Virus record (IMG/VR): IMGVR_UViG_3300022843_000001
Span: 32,001-96,000 of that record
Direction: 5' to 3' (one strand)
Source of the DNA: a virus
DNA length: 64,000 nucleotides
Shown: positions 16,123 through 24,710 of the stretch, piece by piece
How positions within the stretch are numbered: the first letter of the stretch is position 1
How the letters are laid out: each line of letters begins with the position of its first letter
Translations under genes and position numbers: made by a program
The notes under the pieces: model-generated
Databases searched by the model: none
Told to the model about the DNA's origin: nothing
What the model saw: the letters and a program-made list of their open reading frames with translations, nothing else

Positions 16123-16200
16123 TGGGGTGTAATCTGGGTTTCGAACCCAACCCTCATGAGTCACAGTCATGCATGCTTCCAATTACACCTATCACACCCC
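16123..16200 (-). tRNA. tRNA-His(GTG)
   Basis: CATGA-CTGTGAC-TCATG, G-1, CCA. Confidence 0.9.
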
Positions 16201-16218
16201 AAAATATATTCTACCCAT

Positions 16219-16249
16219 AAAAAAACCCGCGATATTTCTATGGCGGGTT
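16219..16249 (-). terminator. Intrinsic terminator of putative attenuator 1, immediately upstream of first tRNA
   Basis: AACCCGC-12 nt-GCGGGTT then TTTTT. Confidence 0.85.
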
Positions 16250-16283
16250 AACGTTGTCTCTTATTATAAGTTTGTTACTTTCT

Positions 16284-16358
16284 TTAAGACAATGCATCCC
16301 CGCTACACAATTTCTCGTGTTTTAAGAGTTGTTCTAGTTTTAAAATTAATGTTTTCAT
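16284..16358 (-). CDS. Putative leader peptide 1, 24 aa
   Basis: MKTLILKLEQLLKHEKLCSGDALS; preceded by late promoter TATAAATA (16364-16371) and sigma70 promoter (16396-16424). Confidence 0.6.
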   Translation of the reverse strand: MKTLILKLEQLLKHEKLCSGDALS

Positions 16359-16427
16359 ATGTTTATTTATACGTTTTATTATTTAATATATAGTTATTAT
16401 AACAGGTTTTTACACCTTTGTCAACCT

Positions 16428-16664
16428 TTATTTTGGTGCTTCGTGAGACCAACCCATATCTTTCATTTTTAGATGATCTGCTTTAACCTTTGCCATTTTG
16501 CTTTTTCCTGTCTTAGGGTCATACATCATGTGCGGCTCAAAATCATCTTCTTTGACACATTTATTAACCATCTTACCTTTGTTCTTTCCAGTACCGTCCT
16601 GCTTACCGTCTTTCTTATAGCCGTCCCAGCAATCTTGTTCTCTAAAAAATTTAAATGTTTTCAT
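16428..16664 (-). CDS. Putative head internal protein (CWDGY motif)
   Basis: N-terminus MKTFKFFRE resembles T4 capsid-targeting sequence. Confidence 0.6.
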   Translation of the reverse strand: MKTFKFFREQDCWDGYKKDGKQDGTGKNKGKMVNKCVKEDDFEPHMMYDPKTGKSKMAKVKADHLKMKDMGWSHEAPK

Positions 16665-16665
16665 A

Positions 16666-17046
16666 TCATACCTTAATTTTAGGGTCGTTAGACTTAAAGT
16701 CTTTCTTTCTCATGATAGTCTTTGTGACCATCTCTTTATCTTTTGGACGTGCGTTTATGACAAACGGTATGTTTACATCGTTTGCAACATCATTAATAAC
16801 TGCCTCGAAATTGTCTGGAAAGTCTGCCATAGATTTTCCCATTTTTTTCCAAGCTTTTCTGAACAGACTTATTAACTCTGCAGCAGTAATGGGTTTTCCA
16901 TTTCTCTCATCATTCATTCTGTCGGCGAAATGTCGTGTAAAAGATACATCGATGTTTGCCTTTTTAAACAACTTGTCGGCAAACTTCTCTACCTGATTAA
17001 GTTGATCTTGAGTTATTTCTTCGTTAAAGTTTTTAAAGGATTTCAT
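16666..17046 (-). CDS. Putative head internal protein
   Basis: MKSFKNFNEE N-terminus; late promoter TATAAATA 17052-17059. Confidence 0.65.
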   Translation of the reverse strand: MKSFKNFNEEITQDQLNQVEKFADKLFKKANIDVSFTRHFADRMNDERNGKPITAAELISLFRKAWKKMGKSMADFPDNFEAVINDVANDVNIPFVINARPKDKEMVTKTIMRKKDFKSNDPKIKV

Positions 17047-17063
17047 TTAGCTATTTATAACTT

Positions 17064-17333
17064 TTAAGATTCCCAATAACTAAAGAATTGTATCTTGTAG
17101 TATTCCAACCTTGTTGCCACGTAGTTTAAATGATTATTGAACCATCGTCTAACAATATAACCACGAGCAATACTGATTACAGTAAAAAATGTAACAATGG
17201 CCCAATGTTGATTAGATGTAAAGTTCATGCCTGTTATTGACGCAATCACAGGCCATGAGATAAACCCTATTACAAATCCAATGATCGTATTTAGACAAGT
17301 TTCCACCAACGATACAAATTTGCTCTGTATCAA
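17064..17333 (-). CDS. Membrane protein
   Basis: Two TM segments; S..E...N...GF pattern. Confidence 0.6.
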   Translation of the reverse strand: MIQSKFVSLVETCLNTIIGFVIGFISWPVIASITGMNFTSNQHWAIVTFFTVISIARGYIVRRWFNNHLNYVATRLEYYKIQFFSYWES

Positions 17334-17587
17334 GATTTATTTCTCATTTTTTGGTATTCATGGTGCAATACGGATATCCACACACCAGACAAAATGAATG
17401 CAGCCAGAAAAACATAGTCCCAACTGTGTTGAAATGGCGCACCCCATATTAGGATTTCGATCATTCCCTCTATTGCATTAAAGATCATAAACATCATAAA
17501 GATGCCATACCAAATAGAACAATAAGGATGCTTATGAAACTTGACTGTATCCACCACACAAAATGCATATCTGTTTAATATATTCAT
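17330..17587 (-). CDS. Membrane protein
   Basis: Two TM segments. Confidence 0.55.
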   Translation of the reverse strand: MNILNRYAFCVVDTVKFHKHPYCSIWYGIFMMFMIFNAIEGMIEILIWGAPFQHSWDYVFLAAFILSGVWISVLHHEYQKMRNKS

Positions 17588-17802
17588 CTATAATCCTCGC
17601 TGTCATAATGACCTCTAGACAGTATTTCATAAATGTCTTCGGGTTCAGGCTCGGGGTTGTTTACAAGATCCATCTTGGACATTTCCTCTTGGTGCCAGTA
17701 GTCCCATTCCATGGCGCTTTCGTACATATGTTCTGAATACCACGAATCATTTTCTTCTTCCATAATAAGATATTGTTCGTCTGTATAATTTTCTGTTGAC
17801 AT
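17584..17802 (-). CDS. Acidic hypothetical protein (MSTENY...)
   Basis: ORF track, internal start. Confidence 0.5.
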   Translation of the reverse strand: MSTENYTDEQYLIMEEENDSWYSEHMYESAMEWDYWHQEEMSKMDLVNNPEPEPEDIYEILSRGHYDSEDYR

Positions 17803-18055
17803 AAATTTTTTTCTCAATCTTCTTATAATTAGCACCAATAAACTCACGCAGGTTCGCACTTTCTATTTCTGATTCAGTTTTCCAGATATCGAAGTAACGT
17901 ATATATGAAATATCTACATGACAGCGCAAACATCTACTGTACCGTTCACTGTGGTAATTTGATTTTATGTCAAAGAAAGTGTAAGTGCCTCGTACCCGAC
18001 GATGAACGTTTTTTCGATCAACTTTATGGCCAAACCACGAACACATCATACCCAT
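17747..18055 (-). CDS. Hypothetical protein (C.WFGHK...C.RC)
   Basis: Behind early promoter 18090-18118. Confidence 0.55.
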   Translation of the reverse strand: MGMMCSWFGHKVDRKNVHRRVRGTYTFFDIKSNYHSERYSRCLRCHVDISYIRYFDIWKTESEIESANLREFIGANYKKIEKKIYVNRKLYRRTISYYGRRK

Positions 18056-18101
18056 TTAATGACTTCCTACTTAATTATTTAGTACGTGTATTATACCACA
18101 A

Positions 18102-18539
18102 CTATGGTGTAATGTCAACAACATCGCCAATATATCGTTCAACTACGCGTTCTCTCAAATTAGTAGTGCTAAAAGAGTGCTTTCGTTGGTTGTACACGAT
18201 TTCGATGTCTCTCTTACCACAAATCGACTTACCTGTGAAATTTGTCATTTTATACTCTTCGCCAATAAATCTCTTGTGTATATCATATGTGAGCATTATA
18301 TCTTCAAGATCGGTCTCACGTGTGTACGGCACGATCTCATCAACGTACCGACACCCTTTTAATTGCACATATCTTTCAAACAAAGACTGAATAGGTGCAT
18401 TCTTTTGAGGCCTGTCGATAGTCGGGTCTGACTGTAATCCTACAATTAGATAATCACATTTTTGTTTTGCTTCGTGTAACATGGAAACGTGACCTGCATG
18501 AAAAAGATCAAAGGTGCTAAAAGTTATGCCTATGATCAT
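18102..18539 (-). CDS. Glycerol-3-phosphate cytidylyltransferase (TagD)-like
   Basis: FSTFDLFHAGHV (HxGH), LIVGL.SDP, VDEIV, FSTT. Confidence 0.85.
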   Translation of the reverse strand: MIIGITFSTFDLFHAGHVSMLHEAKQKCDYLIVGLQSDPTIDRPQKNAPIQSLFERYVQLKGCRYVDEIVPYTRETDLEDIMLTYDIHKRFIGEEYKMTNFTGKSICGKRDIEIVYNQRKHSFSTTNLRERVVERYIGDVVDITP

Positions 18540-18808
18540 TGCGATACACCACCTTGTCTTTCTTCGCCATGTTTGATTTCCCACATATTCAAGTTTCTTG
18601 TCAGATAATCAAAAAACAAGTCGCTTTTAGTAACACTCCAAGCTACACATTCGTCTTTCATCACAAAGATAGTATCTTCCTTAGGACTATCATCATCATC
18701 ATCATCCTGGGCTACATATATAGCGTTGATACCCCTTGACATTTTTCCATGTACAACCTCGAACATATGTAGCATTTTTTCTTCAATTGTTAAATCTTGT
18801 TTATTCAT
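18536..18808 (-). CDS. Hypothetical protein
   Basis: ORF track, coupled to ligase stop. Confidence 0.55.
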   Translation of the reverse strand: MNKQDLTIEEKMLHMFEVVHGKMSRGINAIYVAQDDDDDDSPKEDTIFVMKDECVAWSVTKSDLFFDYLTRNLNMWEIKHGEERQGGVSQ

Positions 18809-20127
18809 TACATTTTCTCCTGTTCATCAAAGCCGCGGAATCGGACGAATCGCGGAAATCTTAAACTATAAGTGTCTTTATCTCTAGACTGAGTGATGGC
18901 GTCTGCTTTTATCTCTACGACACCAACAGGGTTATCGCTATTCCATATAAGATCGCGAGTCTCGTCAGTCAACCCTGACCCAACACTAACCAAGATCTCT
19001 TTACCATCTTCAACACCACTGCATACAAGTGCACCAAGGGTGCCTTTATATTTTCCTTCGCCTTCTTCTAGCTTTATCACCTTCAAGTCAAGCGTTATGA
19101 ATGGTTTTAATTTCAACCAACTTGAAGACCGTTTACATTCATAAAATGATTCTGGGTCTTTAAGCATGATTCCTTCATATCCACCCTCGATTGCTTGTTT
19201 ATTAATTTCTTTATATCTTGCCCGACCTGCGTCAGTATCAAGATCAACCACTTCACTAGATAAAAATCTAATGTGTTTGAATAGATATGATTTGTTATAT
19301 GATTCTACAACAACGGAGCGTTCGGCTTGTTTTAATAGACTTTTTCCAGCAAGAAATTCATCCAAGGGCAATATATCAAATACGTGAAGCACAGCATCAC
19401 CAGCATCCACATCACTTTGTCTATTGACTTGAGTCATCAGGTCTTGAAAGTTGCTCGACATAATTTCACCGTCAAGTACCATATCAACAGGAAAATCTAG
19501 TGCCGACAATTCCGTCTTCGTGTGGCCAAAATTAAGCAATTCACGGCCATTGCGAGTGGTTTGGATGATACCACCTTTGTTGGCCTTGATTACAGTCAGA
19601 ACTCTAACTCCATCGAGCTTGATTTCTATTTGCTTTTTACCTACAACTTTCTTTTCGTGTTTTGCACTATCATGAGCAAGCATACAAGCAAAAACAGGAA
19701 TACCATATTCTGTTAGCATACCCGCCTCTTTTACTGCCTTGTTGACTGTGGATTCAGTAAATCCTGATCTCATATCCTGAATAAGAATATGGCGATACCA
19801 GAAGTCCCATTGATCTTTGCCAGACTTTTGCATAACTTCGATTATCGCATCTCTTGCTGCATGTCCCGTCAACCTTCTAGATTCGAGGTCATCTGTTAAA
19901 TTAGTAAAGTCATCCCATGGTAACGTAGGTGAATCAAATGATTGTGTAGACCAAGGAATTTTTTTAACTCCAAACGTGATAAGAGGATTCATTGCTAAAT
20001 TAAACCCTGCAAACAATTCGTCATTTCCTGCTTCAGCTTCGACGCGGATGGCATTCTGTTTAAAAGTTTTACCATTGTCGCTCTGAAGATGTACTATGAA
20101 ATCCCAAGGATTTGTTTTAAATGTCAT
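18808..20127 (-). CDS. gp30: ATP-dependent DNA ligase
   Basis: KLDGVR (motif I), LDGE, FDIL, EGIMLK, WLKLK, OB domain with VGSG and SLRFPRF. Confidence 0.92.
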   Translation of the reverse strand: MTFKTNPWDFIVHLQSDNGKTFKQNAIRVEAEAGNDELFAGFNLAMNPLITFGVKKIPWSTQSFDSPTLPWDDFTNLTDDLESRRLTGHAARDAIIEVMQKSGKDQWDFWYRHILIQDMRSGFTESTVNKAVKEAGMLTEYGIPVFACMLAHDSAKHEKKVVGKKQIEIKLDGVRVLTVIKANKGGIIQTTRNGRELLNFGHTKTELSALDFPVDMVLDGEIMSSNFQDLMTQVNRQSDVDAGDAVLHVFDILPLDEFLAGKSLLKQAERSVVVESYNKSYLFKHIRFLSSEVVDLDTDAGRARYKEINKQAIEGGYEGIMLKDPESFYECKRSSSWLKLKPFITLDLKVIKLEEGEGKYKGTLGALVCSGVEDGKEILVSVGSGLTDETRDLIWNSDNPVGVVEIKADAITQSRDKDTYSLRFPRFVRFRGFDEQEKM

Positions 20128-20247
20128 TATTAATTTCTCATTTCAATTTTATACAGTAGTGCAAAATGCCGATTAACACCAAGAAGGTCACAACCAACAC
20201 CAGCTTAAACTTTAATACAGTTATCTTGTGTTTGTTCATATCATAAA

Positions 20248-20715
20248 TTACGCAAAAGTTAAAGTTGCCAAATAAGCAAAGGCATGATGATATTTTTCAA
20301 TCCGAGCAAAGTCTTTTCCACGCAAACCTTTCATACGAGTTGGGTCCATGTTATGTTTCAGATCAATTAATTTTACCATTACCGCGTCCTCATTTACGGC
20401 GATTCTATTAATGTATTGATCATAATCTTCGTCTGGTAAATGAGTCATCGACTCAATTCCAGCAATAACTCTGTCACTAAAACCCGTGCGCTGCAATCTA
20501 TCAAATGTCCATTCGGGTTTGTCTTCGATCAAGTCATGCATGATGGCGATTTGCATCATTTCAGGGTCGTTTTTTGTTTTCTTTCCAATGTTGTTCATTA
20601 CATGAATACAGTGAAGAATATATGGTCGACCGCCTTTATCTAGATCATAAGAGAAAGCAGCAGCAGTAATTTCGATTGCAATTGAAAGCATTCGGTTTTC
20701 GTGATCTGTTTTCAT
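20248..20715 (-). CDS. SpoT/Mesh1-type HD hydrolase, paralog 1
   Basis: DKGGRPYILH, AIMHDLIED, VKLIDL.HNMD..R. Confidence 0.8.
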   Translation of the reverse strand: MKTDHENRMLSIAIEITAAAFSYDLDKGGRPYILHCIHVMNNIGKKTKNDPEMMQIAIMHDLIEDKPEWTFDRLQRTGFSDRVIAGIESMTHLPDEDYDQYINRIAVNEDAVMVKLIDLKHNMDPTRMKGLRGKDFARIEKYHHAFAYLATLTFA

Positions 20716-20799
20716 AATATACACTCTTCAATTAATTTATACAACCATTATATCATTAATAATGGTACTTGTCAACACTTATTTTTAATTAATTAGGTG

Positions 20800-20857
20800 T
20801 TGACAAGTGAATAGAAGTGTGTTATAATAACTAAGTCGTGCCGGGGCAGGTTGGTAT
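20800..20857 (+). promoter_or_regulatory. Plus-strand sigma70 promoter followed by conserved 29-nt G-rich element, copy 1
   Basis: TTGACA 20800-20805, TATAAT 20823-20828, AACTAAGTCGTGCCGGGGCAGGTTGGTAT; no plus-strand ORF follows. Confidence 0.7.
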
Positions 20858-20860
20858 GTA

Positions 20861-21793
20861 CTAATCGAACTTCCTTGCCATAAGGGTATCAATTGGTATA
20901 TTTGCAGATATCCAACCCCACAATTGAGTTTTAATATCAATCATTTTGTTTACGGGTTTGGATGGCATTTTGAGGGTCAGGTATTTAAAATCTTTTATTG
21001 TACCAAATATATCACCTTTCTGCTTCTTGCCACCGAAAGGTTTATCTAATCCTGTACGACCACGCGCTTGGGTACCACGAATAGAGTCTGTAGGTTTATC
21101 ACCATTTGATCTATAATCTTTTCCATCAGAAGTCTTGAAGAATATAGTATTCTTTTGGTTGTTTAATACAACGTGAATGCCGCCATTCAGACCAACGGGT
21201 ATCTTATTTTTATCTACAATATCCCACATAGTCTTGGCCGCGCCTTCATGAGTTTCGAACATAATATCTGAAGGTACTACTCTTTCTCTGGATGCATTCT
21301 GTTTAATCGCTATCTTATAATCTGTTAATATCCAAACCAAATGTACATTGTTAGGATTATATCCCGCATCATACATTCTAGGTAAAGTTTTATCAATTTG
21401 CTTTAGATCTTTTAGAGTAACGTCAAACATGATGTTTGGCAATATTTCTTTATTCTGCATGGCGCCAATCATATTAGACAGAGTTTTATCTTTGATTCCT
21501 TTTTCGTCTACAAACTTGTGTAGTTTAAAAACGTCTTCAGGTTTCTTTAAATTGAGGCCACGTATCTCTGGATATTTCTTTTTTAACTTATCGATTTTAA
21601 GGAACGTCATTTTCCATTCATCAACATCACGAACTTTATAATCCTGAGAGTTAATAAAATTCTTTGCGGCAAACCCTTTACCAGAGTTATGAACTAACAT
21701 ATTTTGCTTTGTGACATGATAGTTGTGATTGCCCGATATGCTCAGATCGTGAACTACTTCCTTAGTTATTTCACTTCTTCTTATTAATTTCAT
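20861..21793 (-). CDS. Split intein C-fragment (36 aa) fused to C-extein of P-loop kinase/ATPase
   Basis: MKLIRRSEITKEVVHDLSISGNHNYHVTKQNMLVHN|SGKG: block F/G with HN/S junction. Confidence 0.9.
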   Translation of the reverse strand: MKLIRRSEITKEVVHDLSISGNHNYHVTKQNMLVHNSGKGFAAKNFINSQDYKVRDVDEWKMTFLKIDKLKKKYPEIRGLNLKKPEDVFKLHKFVDEKGIKDKTLSNMIGAMQNKEILPNIMFDVTLKDLKQIDKTLPRMYDAGYNPNNVHLVWILTDYKIAIKQNASRERVVPSDIMFETHEGAAKTMWDIVDKNKIPVGLNGGIHVVLNNQKNTIFFKTSDGKDYRSNGDKPTDSIRGTQARGRTGLDKPFGGKKQKGDIFGTIKDFKYLTLKMPSKPVNKMIDIKTQLWGWISANIPIDTLMARKFD

Positions 21794-22113
21794 CTGTTTT
21801 TTCCAATTTCTCGGTAAGTTCGGTAAGGGTCAATTCTGGAAAATGACCTCGGTCTTTTAAATATTCAGCCTTTTCTAAAAATCTTAACCATTTTTTGTGT
21901 CGTCATTCATACTCGATGGGCCTTGCCTGTGTCTATAACAACATTTCCCAATCGTATATCTTCCACCATCATTGCTTTATCTATATTTAGTTCCATTTCC
22001 GTCATATATTTATATTTATATTGCGGAAATTGTGATTCACATGCTAAACGTTTGTCTAAATTTATTCCAAAATCAACTAAACCTTTTGGCAGGTGGTGTT
22101 GGTATTGCGTTTA
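21794..22113 (-). pseudogene. Decayed ORF fragments between split-intein halves
   Basis: Start-less frame FGINLDKRL...KAMMVE (GIY-YIG-like) and frameshifted KWLRFLEKAEYLKDRGHF; late promoters at 22007-22020. Confidence 0.4.
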
Positions 22114-22494
22114 TTATGCTATTGGTATATCCTTTGCTTGTACCCATTCACCTTCAATAAAGAACTCGTGATTTGCAGTGCACTTAACTATTTCGCCATT
22201 ATCGAACTCTAATTCTAACATAGGCTCTGGATTAGCTTCGAAAGAGTGGGTGTCTTCAACTTCTTTAAGTTCTTCGTTTCCTGTATCTTCATTTGTAGTC
22301 CAAACCAAATCACCTTCTTTTATATCTGAAATTGGTGTATGGCCCGATTCAGTATGTACCAGAGTATCTGCCGAGAAACAACCGGCGCCACCGGCAAGTA
22401 TAACAATCTGACCGTATCGAGCGCCTTTGTTGATTAGCAGAAGTTTTTCTTGGAGTTCTTGTTGCTCCACTATATGATTTTTAAAGGATAACAT
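22114..22494 (-). CDS. N-extein of P-loop kinase/ATPase fused to split intein N-fragment (88 aa)
   Basis: IVILAGGAG|CFSADTLV (block A), VKCTANHEF (block B TxxH), ends W V.AKDI. Confidence 0.9.
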   Translation of the reverse strand: MLSFKNHIVEQQELQEKLLLINKGARYGQIVILAGGAGCFSADTLVHTESGHTPISDIKEGDLVWTTNEDTGNEELKEVEDTHSFEANPEPMLELEFDNGEIVKCTANHEFFIEGEWVQAKDIPIA

Positions 22495-22495
22495 A

Positions 22496-22978
22496 TTAAT
22501 TTACATACATGTTTAGTTCGAATGTTTTGCTTTTGCTTTCTCTGTTGTAGATTTGTATGTGTAGTTTTTTCTTTGATTCCTTGCCATTTTTATCAACAAG
22601 AGTTAAGGTGTATCTATTTGTCTTTCCACGGCCTGGCTTTGCAGGACCTGTTGCAACATCATTCCATCGAGATTCATCTTCGATAGCAAAGCCGGTTTTC
22701 TTTAATTCCTTTTCGACTTCTGTAAATGCATTGCTCATAGAGTCATGATATATCTCATAGGAAGTCTTGGCTTCTTTCAAAAGATCTTTTGCATCAACAC
22801 TCATAGAACCGTTTTTGACACTTACATTAATTGTGCCGTTAGGGTTAACCATATCTACAACACCTTTCAGTGTTTTTGGAGACAAAGAGTCGTATTTATT
22901 TGCATTTTTTACAGTTACAACATCACCCTTGCTAAATTTGGACTTTGTTGCTTCGTCAAACTCTTTAAATGATTTCAT
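22496..22978 (-). CDS. Putative head internal protein
   Basis: MKSFKEFDE N-terminus; late promoter 23013-23020. Confidence 0.65.
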   Translation of the reverse strand: MKSFKEFDEATKSKFSKGDVVTVKNANKYDSLSPKTLKGVVDMVNPNGTINVSVKNGSMSVDAKDLLKEAKTSYEIYHDSMSNAFTEVEKELKKTGFAIEDESRWNDVATGPAKPGRGKTNRYTLTLVDKNGKESKKKLHIQIYNRESKSKTFELNMYVN

Positions 22979-23047
22979 GATCTCTCTGATAATTTGTAAG
23001 TTAGGATAATATTATTTATAACAAAAAGGCGCCGCGCCCTTAATTTA

Positions 23048-23179
23048 TTATGTACCACAGCGACCAGCAGGCCACGACTTGAGACCTTTTTGGCCGTGGT
23101 TCCCGATATGATCAGGTCCTTTTTGACAATTTGACCGCCAGTGCGGTATAACTTTGCTTCTGCTTTTATAATTATTCAT
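23048..23179 (-). CDS. Small protein, 43 aa (MNNYKSRSKVIPHWRSNC...)
   Basis: Start coupled to upstream stop; followed by GGGCGCGGCGCC-TTTTT terminator. Confidence 0.4.
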   Translation of the reverse strand: MNNYKSRSKVIPHWRSNCQKGPDHIGNHGQKGLKSWPAGRCGT

Positions 23180-23800
23180 TTAATCCCAAAGTGATTGATA
23201 GTGTTTTCCAAACAAATCAAATCCTTCTTGCATCTGTTCATGATGTTTTTTCAGACCGACATGATCACAAACACTGGTATGATTCGGCCCTTTTACTAAT
23301 TCAGAAAGATCTTCATCTGATGTGTCCTCCCATCTATAATCAAATTCTCCTGTATAATATTGACTCTCCCAGCCATCATCAATGGTCTGTTCGAATGCCC
23401 AGATCATTTTGTCCAGGACTTTATCCCATTCCTTTGCGCCAGAATTTTCTTCTAGTTGAAATCCTTCCCCCACAAATGAGTGCTGTGGTGAGTACTCTTG
23501 TTCGTCGCAAAATTCGGAAGGATAACCATGCTGCTCTTTTTTAAGTTGCTTAAGTAATGGAACTATGATATAAGAGAGAGTTGAATAGACAGACCAAGTA
23601 TCGTATTGATCAAGCTTTACTATCACTTTTCGCTTTCGTTTATCATATACCCATTGACATACATCACTAACGCATTCAGGCAGCTTTCCACCAAGTTCAA
23701 AACACTTGTCCTCACTTACACCTATATGCTGAAGTAAATCTGTAAACTGATACGGTCCCCAATAGGTTAAGTATGGCCCTATCTCAACTTTCATCGTCAT
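23180..23800 (-). CDS. Conserved T4-like hypothetical protein
   Basis: VKLDQYDTWS...L..II.P.LKQLK...HG, W..VLDKMIWAF, GF.LFGK.Y..LWD. Confidence 0.7.
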   Translation of the reverse strand: MTMKVEIGPYLTYWGPYQFTDLLQHIGVSEDKCFELGGKLPECVSDVCQWVYDKRKRKVIVKLDQYDTWSVYSTLSYIIVPLLKQLKKEQHGYPSEFCDEQEYSPQHSFVGEGFQLEENSGAKEWDKVLDKMIWAFEQTIDDGWESQYYTGEFDYRWEDTSDEDLSELVKGPNHTSVCDHVGLKKHHEQMQEGFDLFGKHYQSLWD

Positions 23801-23901
23801 TATCCTTATTGTGTATTATATTGCTTAGTTCACACATTACAGAAAACATCAACAAACCAAGAATTATAATAGAAGCGGTGACTATGATCAACGAAAAAAG
23901 A

Positions 23902-24126
23902 TCATTCATCATAGTCACCGCTTATTAATTCCTGTGATAGATAATGTGGATTTAATGCCCAGATACCGCATAGATCGACGTATTCGTTTTCAGGTTGAAC
24001 AAGACCTATTATTTCTGCCCATTCTTCCAATTCGTCTTTGGTCAATTCAACTGTCTGTTGTCTTTTATTCATCACCAAAAAATCTTCCAGCTTTAGGATA
24101 ATTACTTTTCGTTTGTCCATAATCAT
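23902..24126 (-). CDS. Hypothetical protein
   Basis: ORF track. Confidence 0.45.
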   Translation of the reverse strand: MIMDKRKVIILKLEDFLVMNKRQQTVELTKDELEEWAEIIGLVQPENEYVDLCGIWALNPHYLSQELISGDYDE

Positions 24127-24247
24127 TAGAAAATGATATGTATATCACATCATGATTGATACCGACGTTTATAATATTTCCTAATATAACTATTACAACA
24201 ACAAGAATTAGTTTTGGCATGGGGTATTTATAATCATTCAGGATCAA
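24065..24247 (-). CDS. Small membrane protein
   Basis: Hydrophobic N-half. Confidence 0.4.
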   Translation of the reverse strand: MILNDYKYPMPKLILVVVIVILGNIINVGINHDVIYISFSNDYGQTKSNYPKAGRFFGDE

Positions 24248-24710
24248 TGGAACTTAACTCCTCTTTAAGCACTTCGATCCAAAATTCATATTTTGCTTGA
24301 CGCGTCAAGTCAGCATTTTCAATTCTTTTCATTCGCCTTAAATCCATATTATGAGTCATATCACAAATCTTGACTCGCATTGCGATAGGATTTAACATAA
24401 CTCGATCCATGTAGACATTATAATCTTCATAGATAGGTGATTTAATTTTGGTTAGTGCTACAACAGCATCAACAACTTTTCTGTTGAATCCTAACTGACC
24501 TAGTCGAACAGCCGTCATATCGGTATCTTCAACAATGTCGTGCAATAATGCAGCCATAATGTCATTGTCTGTGATTAGTAAAGGATAAGTTTTTTGAAGT
24601 ATCTTTGCAACTTCTCTTGGGTGATTGATGTATATCTCACCGCCTTTATCAAATTGGCCTTCGTGCATTATTGCTGCAATTTGATCTGCATATTCTATAG
24701 TATTAATCAT
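24234..24710 (-). CDS. SpoT/Mesh1-type HD hydrolase, paralog 2
   Basis: HEGQFDKGGEIYINHP, AALLHDIVEDT, VKICD..HNMD..R. Confidence 0.85.
   Translation of the reverse strand: MINTIEYADQIAAIMHEGQFDKGGEIYINHPREVAKILQKTYPLLITDNDIMAALLHDIVEDTDMTAVRLGQLGFNRKVVDAVVALTKIKSPIYEDYNVYMDRVMLNPIAMRVKICDMTHNMDLRRMKRIENADLTRQAKYEFWIEVLKEELSSIDPE

Noticed and set aside
10840-16251. ORF-track entries running through tRNA genes (10840, 11427, 12448, 15543, 16063)
   Set aside because: Chance open frames across tRNA sequences
16219-16358. T-box riboswitch upstream of tRNAs
   Set aside because: No T-box consensus (GGTGGNACC) or Stem I motifs; the leader-ORF attenuator model fits better
18102-18539. TagD-like cytidylyltransferase as part of the DNA-modification pathway
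   Set aside because: Unlinked to the gp43 block and common in marine phages; no sequence evidence tying it to DNA
23030-23179. GC-rich intergenic stretch as ncRNA
   Set aside because: Explained by a 43-aa ORF coupled to the upstream stop plus a terminator
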